From: an uncultured delta proteobacterium
GTDB taxonomy: Bacteria; Desulfobacterota; Binatia; UBA9968
Assembly (NCBI GenBank): GCA_963745035.1
Contig: CAVUVW010000011.1
Location: 96,001 to 160,000 of the forward strand
DNA: 64,000 nt
Direction: 5' to 3'
Shown piece after piece: positions 53,356 through 63,792 of this stretch (positions are counted from its first letter, which is position 1; the number at the start of each line of letters is the position of its first letter). Under the pieces are notes generated by a model, which was given only the letters and a program-made list of their open reading frames with translations, had not been told where the DNA came from and did not search any database. The position numbers and the translations under genes were made by a program.

Positions 53356-53423
53356 GATTGAACTGAATTCTCCATCAAACCAATCTTACGTCTCATCCAA
53401 CACAAGCGTCGTTCAGTTCAATA
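53356..53423 (+). repeat. composite site R15 (full; island right end)
   Basis: GATTGAACTGA ATTCTCCA TCAAACCAATC TTACGTCTCATCCAACACA AGCGTCGT TCAGTTCAATA. Confidence 0.95.
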
Positions 53424-53501
53424 CCGGAAAAAAATTCTCCTTAAGGCCCACACATTTTCAGGAAATGAGAAAGGGGACATTCTGAAATTAGCCTGTGGGT
53501 C

Positions 53502-54491
53502 TCATCTTTTGTATAGCTGCTTGATAAACCCCGACGCTTCCAGCTCCTGGACCAAGCTCATATCGACGAAACTTTTTGGGTCGGCCGTTGCCGCTTTGGG
53601 TGTGCGTGGGGCGATGTCGTCGAGGAGCGTCTTCACTCCTTCGGCGTTTGGGTAAGGAACCTCTGGGAATGCGCCGTTGTAGGCGCGATAAGCGCGCTCC
53701 AATCCTTCCGGGTCGTTGGTCTTGAGATTCTTGCCGATCAGCGCTTTGGTCTCTTCCTTGTTGGTCTTGATGAAATGGAGCGCTTCGGTGAAGGCGCGGA
53801 CGACTTTGGCAACGAACGGGCGCCGTTCCTTGACGGTCTTCTCGCGCGTGACGACGGCGTTAACGTGGTAGGGAATCTTGAGAGTTCCGATGTCGATCAG
53901 GTCCCTGAAGCCCATCTTCTCGGCTTCGCGCACCAGCGGCTCGGCGAGCAAGGTGAACTGCGTGATGTTGCGCGTGAGCGCCGCGAGACGTTGCGGGTTT
54001 TCCCCGGTGGCAATGATCTTGGTGTCCTTTTCCGGATCGATACCGAAGCGGCGTAGGGCGAGTCGCAAAGTCATGTCCGAAGTGGTGCCGAGGCGATTGA
54101 CGCCGCCGGTCTTGCCCTTGAGCTGTTCGATGCTCGTGATGTCCGCCAGCGATACGATGTGATCGATGAACAGCGGCAAATTGGTCGACACCATGACCGT
54201 GTCCGCGCCGGCCAAACGAGAGGTCACCAACGTCGCCGACGGCGCGATGATGAAATCTACCTCGCCGGTGAGCAGCGCTTGGATGACGATGGTGCTGGCG
54301 CTGATGGCGATCACTTCGGCTTGCAGGCCATTCTTCTTCAGAAAGCCCTTCTGATCGGCGACCCAAATCGGTGTGTTCGACGGCGAGCTTCCCGCCCACG
54401 CGATGCGCATCCGCTCCTGCGCCGAGATTGGTCTTGCGGAAACAAGTGTCAGCAGGGCAATGACAATCAACCAGAACGATGATTTGAGCAT
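53502..54491 (-). CDS. NMT1/THI5 ABC substrate-binding protein
   Basis: WVADQKGFLKKNGL, LKGKTGGVNRLG. Confidence 0.9.
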   Translation of the reverse strand: MLKSSFWLIVIALLTLVSARPISAQERMRIAWAGSSPSNTPIWVADQKGFLKKNGLQAEVIAISASTIVIQALLTGEVDFIIAPSATLVTSRLAGADTVMVSTNLPLFIDHIVSLADITSIEQLKGKTGGVNRLGTTSDMTLRLALRRFGIDPEKDTKIIATGENPQRLAALTRNITQFTLLAEPLVREAEKMGFRDLIDIGTLKIPYHVNAVVTREKTVKERRPFVAKVVRAFTEALHFIKTNKEETKALIGKNLKTNDPEGLERAYRAYNGAFPEVPYPNAEGVKTLLDDIAPRTPKAATADPKSFVDMSLVQELEASGFIKQLYKR

Positions 54492-54849
54492 GGGCGGGCT
54501 CCCGGACTGCAAAATTGGTATTCCCGGTATCGGACGGCGCAAAATCTAAGCCGGTGGAACGGCTGTGTCAATGGATTTCTTTTTGAATAGTCTTGTGCGT
54601 GTGCTTCGTTCCGTGTCTTGCTCGTCAGCTTTTCACCGAAACCTCGTTGCCGCTCCTTTTGAGCACCAGATTTTTGGATATAACCGAGCATGATGAAATT
54701 CAGATTTGCCTTCTCGGCGCGAACTAGAACATGAGCTGCGTGTTCTATTAATCACTACTAAAGCTTGATAATACGATTTTGCGCGCCGCGTCACGGCGCG
54801 CTCAATCCAAGCTCGGGGTCAATCCTCGCCATTTCGCTCTCAAGACACT

Positions 54850-55926
54850 ATGAATACCTCAAACCCAACCAACTTGCCTGGACTCGAAGACAAGGCTTTT
54901 CTTCTGCTCGTCGTTGCGGTGTCGTTCGCGTTCGCGTGGATTCTCTGGCCGTTCTTCGGCGCGGTTTTGTGGGGAACGATCTTGGCGATCGTCTTCGCGC
55001 CGCTCTGTCGACGGCAGATGAAGTATCTGGGACAGCGTCGCACGCTTGCGGCGCTTGCGACCGTGGTCATCGTCCTGCTCATCGTAATCCTGCCGATCCT
55101 GCTGATCGGCGGGCTATTGGTGCAGGAAGCGATCTCTGTCTACGGAAGATTTTCGTCGGGAGAGCTCAATTTTGGCCGGTATTTTGAGCAAATTTTTAGC
55201 GCAATGCCGGGGTGGATCAGAGATATTTTGGAGCGTTTCGGATTATTGAACCTTAACGCGATGCAAGAAAGATTCTCTACCGCTTTGATGTACGGCGGTC
55301 AGTTCGTCGCGGCCAAGGCCATCAACATCGGCCAGAACACCTTCGACCTGCTCGTGAACCTGTGCATCGTTTTGTACCTGCTTTTTTTTCTGCTGCGCGA
55401 CGGCGATTATCTTACCCGGCGCATCAGGACCGCAATTCCCTTGTATCCGGATCAACAGCGCGAGCTCTTCAATAAGTTCACTACCGTGATACGCGCCACG
55501 GTTAAAGGCAACGTCGTGGTGGCGATCGCGCAGGGCGCGTTGGGCGGCCTGATTTTCTGGTTCTTGGGCGTTCACGCGCCGGTGCTCTGGGCGGTGGTGA
55601 TGGCGTTTCTATCCTTGCTGCCCGCGGTCGGCAGCGCGCTCGTCTGGCTGCCGGTGGCGATTTATTTTTTAGTGACCGGCGCGACGTGGCAGGGCATTGT
55701 TCTCATCGCCTTCGGCGTGCTCGTCATCGGTCTGGTTGATAATGTCCTTCGCCCGATTCTGGTCGGCAAAGACACCAAGATGCCCGACTACGTCGTGCTG
55801 ATCGCCACCCTTGGCGGCATGGCGATTTTCGGTATCAACGGCTTTGTGATCGGCCCGGTGATCGCCGCGATGTTTATGGCCGTGTGGGATATTTTCGCGG
55901 TCTCGAGGGCGCAGCGTCAGGGTTGA
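54850..55926 (+). CDS. AI-2E family transporter
   Basis: LFFLLRDG, VDNVLRPILVG, GFVIGP. Confidence 0.92.
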   Translation: MNTSNPTNLPGLEDKAFLLLVVAVSFAFAWILWPFFGAVLWGTILAIVFAPLCRRQMKYLGQRRTLAALATVVIVLLIVILPILLIGGLLVQEAISVYGRFSSGELNFGRYFEQIFSAMPGWIRDILERFGLLNLNAMQERFSTALMYGGQFVAAKAINIGQNTFDLLVNLCIVLYLLFFLLRDGDYLTRRIRTAIPLYPDQQRELFNKFTTVIRATVKGNVVVAIAQGALGGLIFWFLGVHAPVLWAVVMAFLSLLPAVGSALVWLPVAIYFLVTGATWQGIVLIAFGVLVIGLVDNVLRPILVGKDTKMPDYVVLIATLGGMAIFGINGFVIGPVIAAMFMAVWDIFAVSRAQRQG

Positions 55927-56009
55927 GATGTACGGTTCGAAAGCCTCACCACAAATAAAAAGCCTATTCGCGCGACTCTGCAAACGCGAAGCCGTCGACG
56001 ACCGACCGT

Positions 56010-56843
56010 CTAGGCAGTTTGCCGTCGAATAAACGCAGTGATCGTGTCGATTACGCGCATCGTTTCCGGCTCGCTGGGCGAGGGCACCATGCGGTGCTCG
56101 GGCAAGCCATCAAAGGTGTGCGCCTCGATCGGGCCGCCGCGCTTTTTATAAGACGCGATGAAGCGCTCCTGCATTTCCAGCGGATGGTTCTTGTCATTCG
56201 CCTTCAGCAGCATGAGGATCGGCGGCAAGTTGATCGGCTCGTTCTGCTCGACGATTGTCTGCGGGCTGCCTTCGGCCATCGCTGCTTCCGTGCGCCAGTA
56301 GTCGATGTGCGCTTTGATGTGTTCCTGGCGGTCGAATTCCTTGGCGAAGCGGAAGCGATAGAGCGGGCAGATCACCGGCCAGCCGGCGATCACGTAAGCC
56401 AGACTGGCGTCAAGCTCAGGATGATCGGGCAGCGCCAGCGCCGAATAGGCGGGATGCCGCGGCCGCATCGCGCTCAGCACGACTTGATGTCCGCCGCTGG
56501 AATTACCAAAGGCGCCGACGGTCGTCGTTCCTTTGAATTCCTCGGCATGCGCCTTGAGCCAGCGCGTCGCCAGATTCACGTCGCAGATCGAAGCGGGATA
56601 ACCAGCCTCCGGCGGCTGGCGGAAGTCGACGGCTGCGACGACGATTCCTCTGGCCGCCAGTGCTCGATCGATGCCGGCGTTGTTCGTTCGGTCGCCGTTG
56701 TGCCACGCGCCGCCGTGCACGTCGACGATCGTCGGGAACGGCCCCGCTCCTCTAGGTTGGTAGATACGCGCCAGCCAAGGCTTGTCTCCCTGGCGCTGAT
56801 ACTCGACGTCGCGCTCGTCTACTTCGTATTTGGTGTTATCCAT
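56010..56843 (-). CDS. alpha/beta hydrolase (esterase/lipase)
   Basis: HGGAW, GNSSGG. Confidence 0.88.
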   Translation of the reverse strand: MDNTKYEVDERDVEYQRQGDKPWLARIYQPRGAGPFPTIVDVHGGAWHNGDRTNNAGIDRALAARGIVVAAVDFRQPPEAGYPASICDVNLATRWLKAHAEEFKGTTTVGAFGNSSGGHQVVLSAMRPRHPAYSALALPDHPELDASLAYVIAGWPVICPLYRFRFAKEFDRQEHIKAHIDYWRTEAAMAEGSPQTIVEQNEPINLPPILMLLKANDKNHPLEMQERFIASYKKRGGPIEAHTFDGLPEHRMVPSPSEPETMRVIDTITAFIRRQTA

Positions 56844-57164
56844 GGCGCCAATCTAGTAGACGCGAGGGTCACTGTGCAAGCTCCGGCTATAACGAAGTCT
56901 CAAGAACGGAACAGTCGAACCTGCCGAGGTACCAAGGTCAGGAAACACTCGGTCGCCACTGCCGCCGATCCACAACTTTCAAGCCCGGTTATACCGAGAC
57001 TTCTGCGCCTTCTGCTGTCCTGATTCCGCCTACAACTCCGACTTTACCGCGCATCAAAGATCTTGAAAAATGGGCAATCGGCGGCCGGTATCGTTCTTGC
57101 TCAATTTTGAATAGACGTTGGCAAACAGAGTCGCCGCGTGACGAGACTCATCGAAGGAGGAATT

Positions 57165-57698
57165 ATGACAAATCAGAAAAATAGCGCTGGCGAAGTTCAA
57201 CAGGCTATTCGGCAAGGGGCGATAACTCGAGAATACAAAGCGGACCCGGAGAACATCGTTCAGGCCCTGAACGGGCTCCGCTCCACAGAAATTATGAGCT
57301 ATCTGCAATACATGCAGCACCAGTATATGGCCGTCTCGCTGTTATCGCCGGGCATGAAGACGGAATTCGGCGCTCATGCGACCCAGGAGCTGGATCATGC
57401 CAACCGCCTGGCGGATCGGGTGCAGCAGCTCGGCGGGGTGCCGATCTACGACCCCAAAGAAATTTCCTCGAAAGCGGCGAATGTCGGAATCACGCCGGAC
57501 CAGGCGACGACTCTGGCGGAGATGGTTACCGAAGATCTGCTGCTCGAAAGACAGCAGATCGAAGTATACACCGCCTTGATTCGCCAAATCGGCGATCAGG
57601 ATTTGGTAACGCGGCATGTCCTGCTGGGGATTCTCGCGGAGACGGAAAAGCACGCCAGCGAATTGGCGGACTATCTCAAGAGATCTTCCGCCAAATAA
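57165..57698 (+). CDS. bacterioferritin/ferritin-like protein
   Basis: QELDHA, QLGGVP, EKHA di-iron motifs. Confidence 0.85.
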   Translation: MTNQKNSAGEVQQAIRQGAITREYKADPENIVQALNGLRSTEIMSYLQYMQHQYMAVSLLSPGMKTEFGAHATQELDHANRLADRVQQLGGVPIYDPKEISSKAANVGITPDQATTLAEMVTEDLLLERQQIEVYTALIRQIGDQDLVTRHVLLGILAETEKHASELADYLKRSSAK

Positions 57699-57943
57699 CA
57701 TGAGTTGACGCGCGTCATTTCGATATCTCATCCAGGTGCAGATGCGCTGGACCGAGCGGTGACTCTGTCGCGACGGTGGTTCATCGCCCAACGCCAGCTA
57801 TGGACGTCTGAGGCTGCTCGCCACTTTCAGGTAAGCCAGCTCATACCATCCCTTGGCCGCCGTGTTCACAGGCTTGATCACGCGCCGGCTTTAAGAGATA
57901 AGAAGGCAGCGCAACGATCGCATCGCCTTGTAGAGATCGAACC

Positions 57944-58666
57944 TTGAGCACGAGAACAGATACCATCAGCGTCATGACCTCCGGCGCCTTTACCGCCGCA
58001 TATCTCGAGCTCATCCCCAAGCTAGAGGAGATGACGAAGAAGAAACTCGTGACCGCGGCGACGTCCATCGGCACCGGCGAGAGCTCGATCCCGAATCGGC
58101 TGCGGCGCGGCGAGCCCGTTGACGTCGTCATCGTCGCGGATGCCGTGCTGGTTGGGTTTATCCACGAGGGCCTGATCGAAGCCGAGAGCCGTACTCCCAT
58201 CGCGCGCTCCGCCATCGGCATGGCGGTGCGCGCCGGAGCGCCAAAGCCGGACTTGAGCTCGGTCGAGGCGCTGAAGCGCGCGCTGTTGGAAGCGAAATCC
58301 ATCGCATACTCTGCCAGCGTCAGCGGCGAATATGTCACCACCGAGCTCTATCAGCGCTTGGGCATAGCCGACCAAGTGATGGGTAAGAGCCGGCTCATCG
58401 GCGGTGGCGAGCGCGTCGGCGCGGTGATCGCGCGCGGCGAGGCGGAGATCGGCTTCCAGCAGATCAGCGAGCTTCTACCCGTGCCCGGCATCGCGCACAT
58501 CACGCCGCTGCCGGCGGAGGTGCAGAAAGTCTCCGTGTTCTCGGCCGGCGTTGCGCAAAGCACCGGCGATGCGGACGCGGCCCGCGCAGTGATTCAATTT
58601 CTGGCTTCCCGCGAAGCTGCCGACGCCATCACAAAAAGTGGGCTCGAGCCGGTGGAAAATCGTTGA
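57944..58666 (+). CDS. ModA-like substrate-binding protein
   Basis: RLRRGEPVDVVI, SIAYSASVSG, GFQQISEL. Confidence 0.85.
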   Translation: MSTRTDTISVMTSGAFTAAYLELIPKLEEMTKKKLVTAATSIGTGESSIPNRLRRGEPVDVVIVADAVLVGFIHEGLIEAESRTPIARSAIGMAVRAGAPKPDLSSVEALKRALLEAKSIAYSASVSGEYVTTELYQRLGIADQVMGKSRLIGGGERVGAVIARGEAEIGFQQISELLPVPGIAHITPLPAEVQKVSVFSAGVAQSTGDADAARAVIQFLASREAADAITKSGLEPVENR

Positions 58667-58961
58667 AGCCTACTTTGCTTGGCGCGCTCAAAGCCTGATC
58701 CGCCTGGTCACAAAAAATTCGCCCATCTTCTCACGGCTCATCCGGCCTGTCACATCTTCGGCGTGTGAGATCGCGATCAACCGCGCTTCGCGCATCGCAC
58801 GCTTGACTGCTTGACTGCTGTGTAAGCTTCTGGCCAAGGCGGTCGAACACAACTCGCTTCCACCGCCTCTTCGTGTTAGTTTGGGCACGCTTTGCAGTCC
58901 TCGCCTCGTCCGCAGCTCGACAGGCCCGCGCAAAGAATCGATTCGGCAATTTTCTTTCCCA

Positions 58962-60149
58962 ATGACCGTGGAAAAATCTCCGCCGCTTTGGACGCCGGCA
59001 TTTGTCCTGCTGTGCGGCGCGCAGTTTTTTGGCTCGGCGCAGCACGCCCTGCTGCAACCCACTTTTCCGCTTTACATCACCGCGCTCGGAGGAACACCGT
59101 TTCAGGTCGGCTTGGTGCTTGCCTGCTTCGCGGTGACAAGCGTCGTCTTTCGTCCGCTTATCGGCGGCTGGGCCGACCAATGGTCCGAGGCCGGAGTGTC
59201 GGTTTGCGGCCTGTCACTGCTGTCGCTCGCGGTGCTGATCTGTTTCATCCCGCATCCCGAAGCGACCATGTTCGCCAATGCGCTGCGCGGCATCGGCTGG
59301 GCGGCGATGAGCGCCGCCGGTTATTCCTTGCTCGCGCTGAGCGCGCCGCCGCACCGCCGCGGCGAGGCATCAGGTTACTATAGCGGCGTGCAGGCGAGCG
59401 GCACAATCCTGCTTTCCCGCTGTCGCGCTGTGGCTCATCGACGCGCCTTTCGGCGGTTTCGATGTGGTTTTCACCGCAGCCATTGCTTTCGCTGCGCTCG
59501 GCGCCGCCATTAGCGCGCAACTCTTCCGGCGCGGCGCCTAAGAAAATTCACCAGAGCCGAATCGTCGCGGAGACGGGGCCTTGGTGGCAGGAAATTTTGA
59601 ATGTCCTGGATCGCGAGATCATTCTCGCCTCGGTGCTTTCGTTCGGCTCCCATGTGACTTTCCCTGCGGTGGCGAGTTTTTTGGTGCTCTATGCGCGCGA
59701 GCTCGGCATCGACAACATCGGTTGGTTCTACGTCGTAAGCGGCATCACCAGCATCCTCTGCTCGTCCGCTGTTGGGCAAGGTTTCCGACAGGATCGGCCG
59801 GCGCCGCGCCTTGCTCGCGTGTTTTGTTCTCCAAACTATCGCACTACTGACGCTCGCCTATGCTTCCGAGCTCATCGCTTTGATGATTTCAGGCGCGCTC
59901 TATATGGTGGGATTGGCCATGAGCAGCTCGACCACCTTGGCCATCGCCATGGAGCAGGCCAAACCCGAACGACGAGGCGAGCCATGGCGACGTTCTCCAT
60001 CGCCTTGCCTCTAAGCAACGGCGTCGGCGCGCTTGATCTGCGGCAGTTTGGTGCAATCGATCGGCTTTTTTTGGATGTATCTTGTCGCCGCGGGCATTGC
60101 CGCCGGCGGTTTGCTGGTTACGATGGCCAACCGTGCGCGCCTGAAGTAG
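58962..60149 (+). CDS. MFS transporter (multiple frameshifts)
   Basis: LWTPAFVLL, RPLIGGWAD, RRGEASGYY. Confidence 0.8.
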
Positions 60150-60303
60150 AGGAGAAAGAATTGCGAGGGCTAATCACCCAATGGCTTAGAGAAAGTTTGT
60201 CCGCTTCGCCAGCACTTTTCTCGATCGTGCTCGTGCGACGTGATCGTGGTCGAGTCCTGACACGAACACGGTCACGAACACGGTGGCCTTCAAGACCGCG
60301 CCC

Positions 60304-61490
60304 ATGACCACCGAGCGCTCCGACACCCTCTGGAACAAAACTTTCCTTCTGCTCTGTAGCGCGCAGTTTCTGGGCTATGCGCAGCATGCCATGCTCTCCC
60401 CGGTTCTGCCTCTCTACGTCACCCAGCTCGGCGGCTCGCCCTTTGTCGTCGGCATGGTGCTCGCGTGCTTCGCAGCGTCAAGCGTCATTGTCCGTCCTTT
60501 AGTCGGTCATTGGTGCGATCGCTGGAGCGAAGCGAAGGTCATGATCTCCGGACTGGTTTTTCAGGGCGCGAGCATTCTTATCTGCTTTATTCCCTTCGTC
60601 AGCATGGCGATGCTCGCCAATGGCCTGCGTGGCATTGGATGGGGCGGGCTCAACACCGGCGGCTACTCGCTGCTCGCCCATATCGCGCCCGAGTCACGCC
60701 GCGGCGAGGCCTCCGGTCTTTACAGCGGCGTGCAAAGCTCGTCGTCGATCTTGTTTCCCGCCTTCGCTCTCTGGTTGCTGCACGCTTCGTTCGGCGGCTT
60801 CGGAGTGGTGTTCGTCGCGACCGCGCTATTTTCTCTCGCTGGCGCAGTGCTCGGCGCGGTCATGACCCTCCAGATGCCGAAGATCGCGCGCTCGAGCGCC
60901 GCTCTCGATCCGGCGCGCCGCTGGTGGCGCGAGATTTTCCGTTTCATCGAGCCGGAGATCTTACTGCCGTCGGTGATGCTCGCCTGGCTGAATATTTCCC
61001 TCCCTTCCATCACCAACTTCAGCGTGCTCTATGCGCAAGAGCTCGGCATCATCGACTTCGGACCGTTTTTTATTGTCATCGGCTTCACGAGCTTGCTCGG
61101 CCGGCCCATGCTCGGGCGGCTTTCCGACAAAATCGGCCGCGAATCTATCGGTCGGCGTCGGTTTCGGTCTGCAACTCGTAAGCCTGCTCCTGATCGCCTT
61201 CGTGTCCAATCTCGTCGGCATGATCGTGTGCGGCACGCTCTACATGCTCGGCAACGCGATCGGCAGCTCGACGACCCTGGCGCTGGCAGTCGAGCGCGCC
61301 GCATCCGCAGCGCCGCGGCAAGCAAATGGCGAGTTTCTCCGTCGCCTATCCGTTGAGCTACGGCATCGGTTCATTGATCGTCGGCAGCGCGGTGGAAGCG
61401 GCGGGTTATGCGGGCATGTTCTACATCATGGCCGCGATTCAGGCATTGGGCTTGATCTTCGTCGTAATCAAAGCGGACAGACTGCGCTGA
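60304..61490 (+). CDS. MFS transporter (frameshifted)
   Basis: LWNKTFLLL, RRGEASG, GRLSDKIGR. Confidence 0.8.
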
Positions 61491-61501
61491 GAAAACCAGC
61501 G

Positions 61502-62683
61502 ATGACGAGCGATCGCCAAGATTCGATCTGGACCCGCGGCTTTTCGCTCCTCTGCCTCGCCGAATTTCTCGGCTACGCGCAGCACTTCATTCTCCAGCCC
61601 ACCTTTCCGCTCTATATCACTCAACTGGGCGGCTCACCGTTTCACGTTGGTTTGGTAATCGCATCCTTCGGCGTTGCCAGCGTGATATCCCGCCCTATCC
61701 TCGGCTATTGGGCGGATCGGTGGAGCGTCACCGGGATGATGATCCTGGGCTTGTGTTTGCAGACACTGAGCATTTCGCTTTGCTTCCTGCCATTCGTCGC
61801 CGCGCTGATGCTCGCCAATGGCTTGCGCGGCATCGGCTGGTCGGGAATGAATACCGGCGGCTACACCTTGCTCGCGACGATTGCGCCCGCAGCGCGCCGC
61901 GGCGAAGCGTCGGGATACTACGGAGGCGTGCAATCCAGCGCGACGATTCTGTTTCCGGCCGTAGCGCTTTGGATCATCGATGCTCCGTTCGGCGGCTTCG
62001 ATGCGACATTTCTCTTCGCCATGTCGCTGGTGCTGCTCGGCGCCGGCGCGGCGATCGCCTTATCGCGCGCCGTTCCCAAGGCGCCTCGTCAATCCGTCAC
62101 GGCATCCTCCGAACCGTGGTGGCGCGAAATTTTGAACGTATTCGATCGCCATATCTTGCTCGCCGCAACCTTGATGTTCACCTTGCATGTCTCGCTTCCC
62201 TGTTTCTCGAGCTTCGTCGTGCTCTATGCCCGCGAGTTGGCGATCGATCACTTCGGCTGGTACTTCGTTGCAACCGGAGTCACCAGCATGCTGGCGCGCC
62301 CGCTTCTTGGTCGGGTCTCGGATAAGATCGGCGCCGGCCGCTCGCTCATCGTCGCCTACGTACTCGAATCCGCCGCGCTGCTGATGATGCCGTTCGCCGG
62401 CAATCTTGCCGGTGTCATGTTGGGCGGAGCGCTTTACTTCATGGGATCGGCGATCGGCGGAGCGAGAATTCTCGCGCTGGCGATGGAACAAGCGCCAGCC
62501 GAAAGGCGCGGCCGCGCCATGGCGAGTTTCTCCGTGGCGTTTCCTTTGAGCAACGGCACCGGAGCGATGCTGAGCGGCCTGGTCGTCGATCTTGCCGGCT
62601 ATAACTGGATGTACATCACCGCGGCTCTACCCTGCGCCGTTGGACTTCTCCTCACTGCGAAATACTGGAAGAGCTTGAGATAG
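61502..62683 (+). CDS. MFS transporter
   Basis: IWTRGFSLL, RRGEASGYY, GRVSDKIG. Confidence 0.9.
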   Translation: MTSDRQDSIWTRGFSLLCLAEFLGYAQHFILQPTFPLYITQLGGSPFHVGLVIASFGVASVISRPILGYWADRWSVTGMMILGLCLQTLSISLCFLPFVAALMLANGLRGIGWSGMNTGGYTLLATIAPAARRGEASGYYGGVQSSATILFPAVALWIIDAPFGGFDATFLFAMSLVLLGAGAAIALSRAVPKAPRQSVTASSEPWWREILNVFDRHILLAATLMFTLHVSLPCFSSFVVLYARELAIDHFGWYFVATGVTSMLARPLLGRVSDKIGAGRSLIVAYVLESAALLMMPFAGNLAGVMLGGALYFMGSAIGGARILALAMEQAPAERRGRAMASFSVAFPLSNGTGAMLSGLVVDLAGYNWMYITAALPCAVGLLLTAKYWKSLR

Positions 62684-62757
62684 CCATCTCCAAAAGCTCT
62701 TGTCCGAAACGCGATCGATGATATAAGCCTGTCCGTGCCCACGAAACACCCATCGCC

Positions 62758-63765
62758 ATGGAGGGTTTGGTTATGAAACTTCGACAGTTTTCGCTTGTCG
62801 TTCTCACCTTCGCCGTCTCATATATGTCGGGAAGCCGACCGGCGGAAGCCAAGAGCTACATCGCCTATATCTCGGATTCGACCAATTCCTCGGTGATCTA
62901 CTGGATCGCCAAAGAAGCGGGCATCTTCAAGAAACACGGCCTCGATCTCGATACGATCTTCATCAACGGCAGCGTGCGCGGAATACAAAGCCTGATCGCC
63001 GGCGATCTCAGCTACAGCGGCGCGGTGGGAACGGCGGTAATCAACGCCAAGCTCGCCGGCGGCGACGTCGCGATCATCCAGAGCCAGATGAACACGCTTC
63101 CCTACTTCATCATCGGCAACGCCAATATCAAATCGCCGGAAATGCTTAAAGGCCGCTCGGCCGCGGTGCACATTCCCGGCACCTCGGCCGATTTCGCCAT
63201 GCGTCTTGCGCTCACCAAAGTCGGCATACCCTACAAAGACATCAAAGCGATCACCGTCGGCGGTGCGCCCGCCCGCCTCGCGGCGGTCACTCAGGGCCAA
63301 GCCGATTTCACTGTCGTCACCGACGGCGAAAGAATCCAGGGCGAGAAGATGGGCCTCAAAGTGATCATCGACATGGCGAAACTGAACGTGCCCTTTCAGT
63401 TCAACTGCACCGTCGCCATGCGCCGGAAAATCCGCGAAAACCCCGACGAAGTCCGCCGCGTGGTCTGGACGATGGCCGAGTCGATTCACTTCTTCAAGAC
63501 CCGCAAAGATGAATCGATCAAAATCATGCAGAAGTACACCCGCGGGTTGCCGAGAGAGGTCCTCGAAGGCGCTCATGCGGCCAACTCCGAGCTGCTCGTC
63601 GAAGACACCTACCCGACCATCGAAGGATTGAAACAAACTCTCGATGTTCAAGCCTTGACCGACCCGCGCGCCGGGAAATTCAAGGCCGAGGACATGGTCG
63701 AACTCCGCTTCGTCGACGAGCTGCGAAAAAGCGGCTTCGTCGAAAAACTCTACGGCCGGCGCTGA
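62758..63765 (+). CDS. NMT1/THI5 ABC substrate-binding protein
   Basis: WIAKEAGIFKKHGLD. Confidence 0.9.
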   Translation: MEGLVMKLRQFSLVVLTFAVSYMSGSRPAEAKSYIAYISDSTNSSVIYWIAKEAGIFKKHGLDLDTIFINGSVRGIQSLIAGDLSYSGAVGTAVINAKLAGGDVAIIQSQMNTLPYFIIGNANIKSPEMLKGRSAAVHIPGTSADFAMRLALTKVGIPYKDIKAITVGGAPARLAAVTQGQADFTVVTDGERIQGEKMGLKVIIDMAKLNVPFQFNCTVAMRRKIRENPDEVRRVVWTMAESIHFFKTRKDESIKIMQKYTRGLPREVLEGAHAANSELLVEDTYPTIEGLKQTLDVQALTDPRAGKFKAEDMVELRFVDELRKSGFVEKLYGRR

Positions 63766-63792
63766 GCCGTGAGGCGCGAGTAAACAACATTC

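Larger units (their letters stand above)
32559..53423 (+). mobile_element. accessory island: tyrosine recombinase plus co-oriented array of ~68 bp composite sites with gene cargo
   Basis: Bounded by the first and last copies of the repeat; 15 copies or half-copies; heterogeneous, fragmentary, more AT-rich cargo. Confidence 0.85.

Noticed and set aside
32559-53423. CRISPR array interpretation of the repeats
   Set aside because: Intervals are 0.2-4.5 kb and contain genes, the repeats are ~68 bp, and no cas genes are present.
61031-62683. 550 aa ORF as one long MFS protein
   Set aside because: Frameshift read-through from the second MFS gene into the third.
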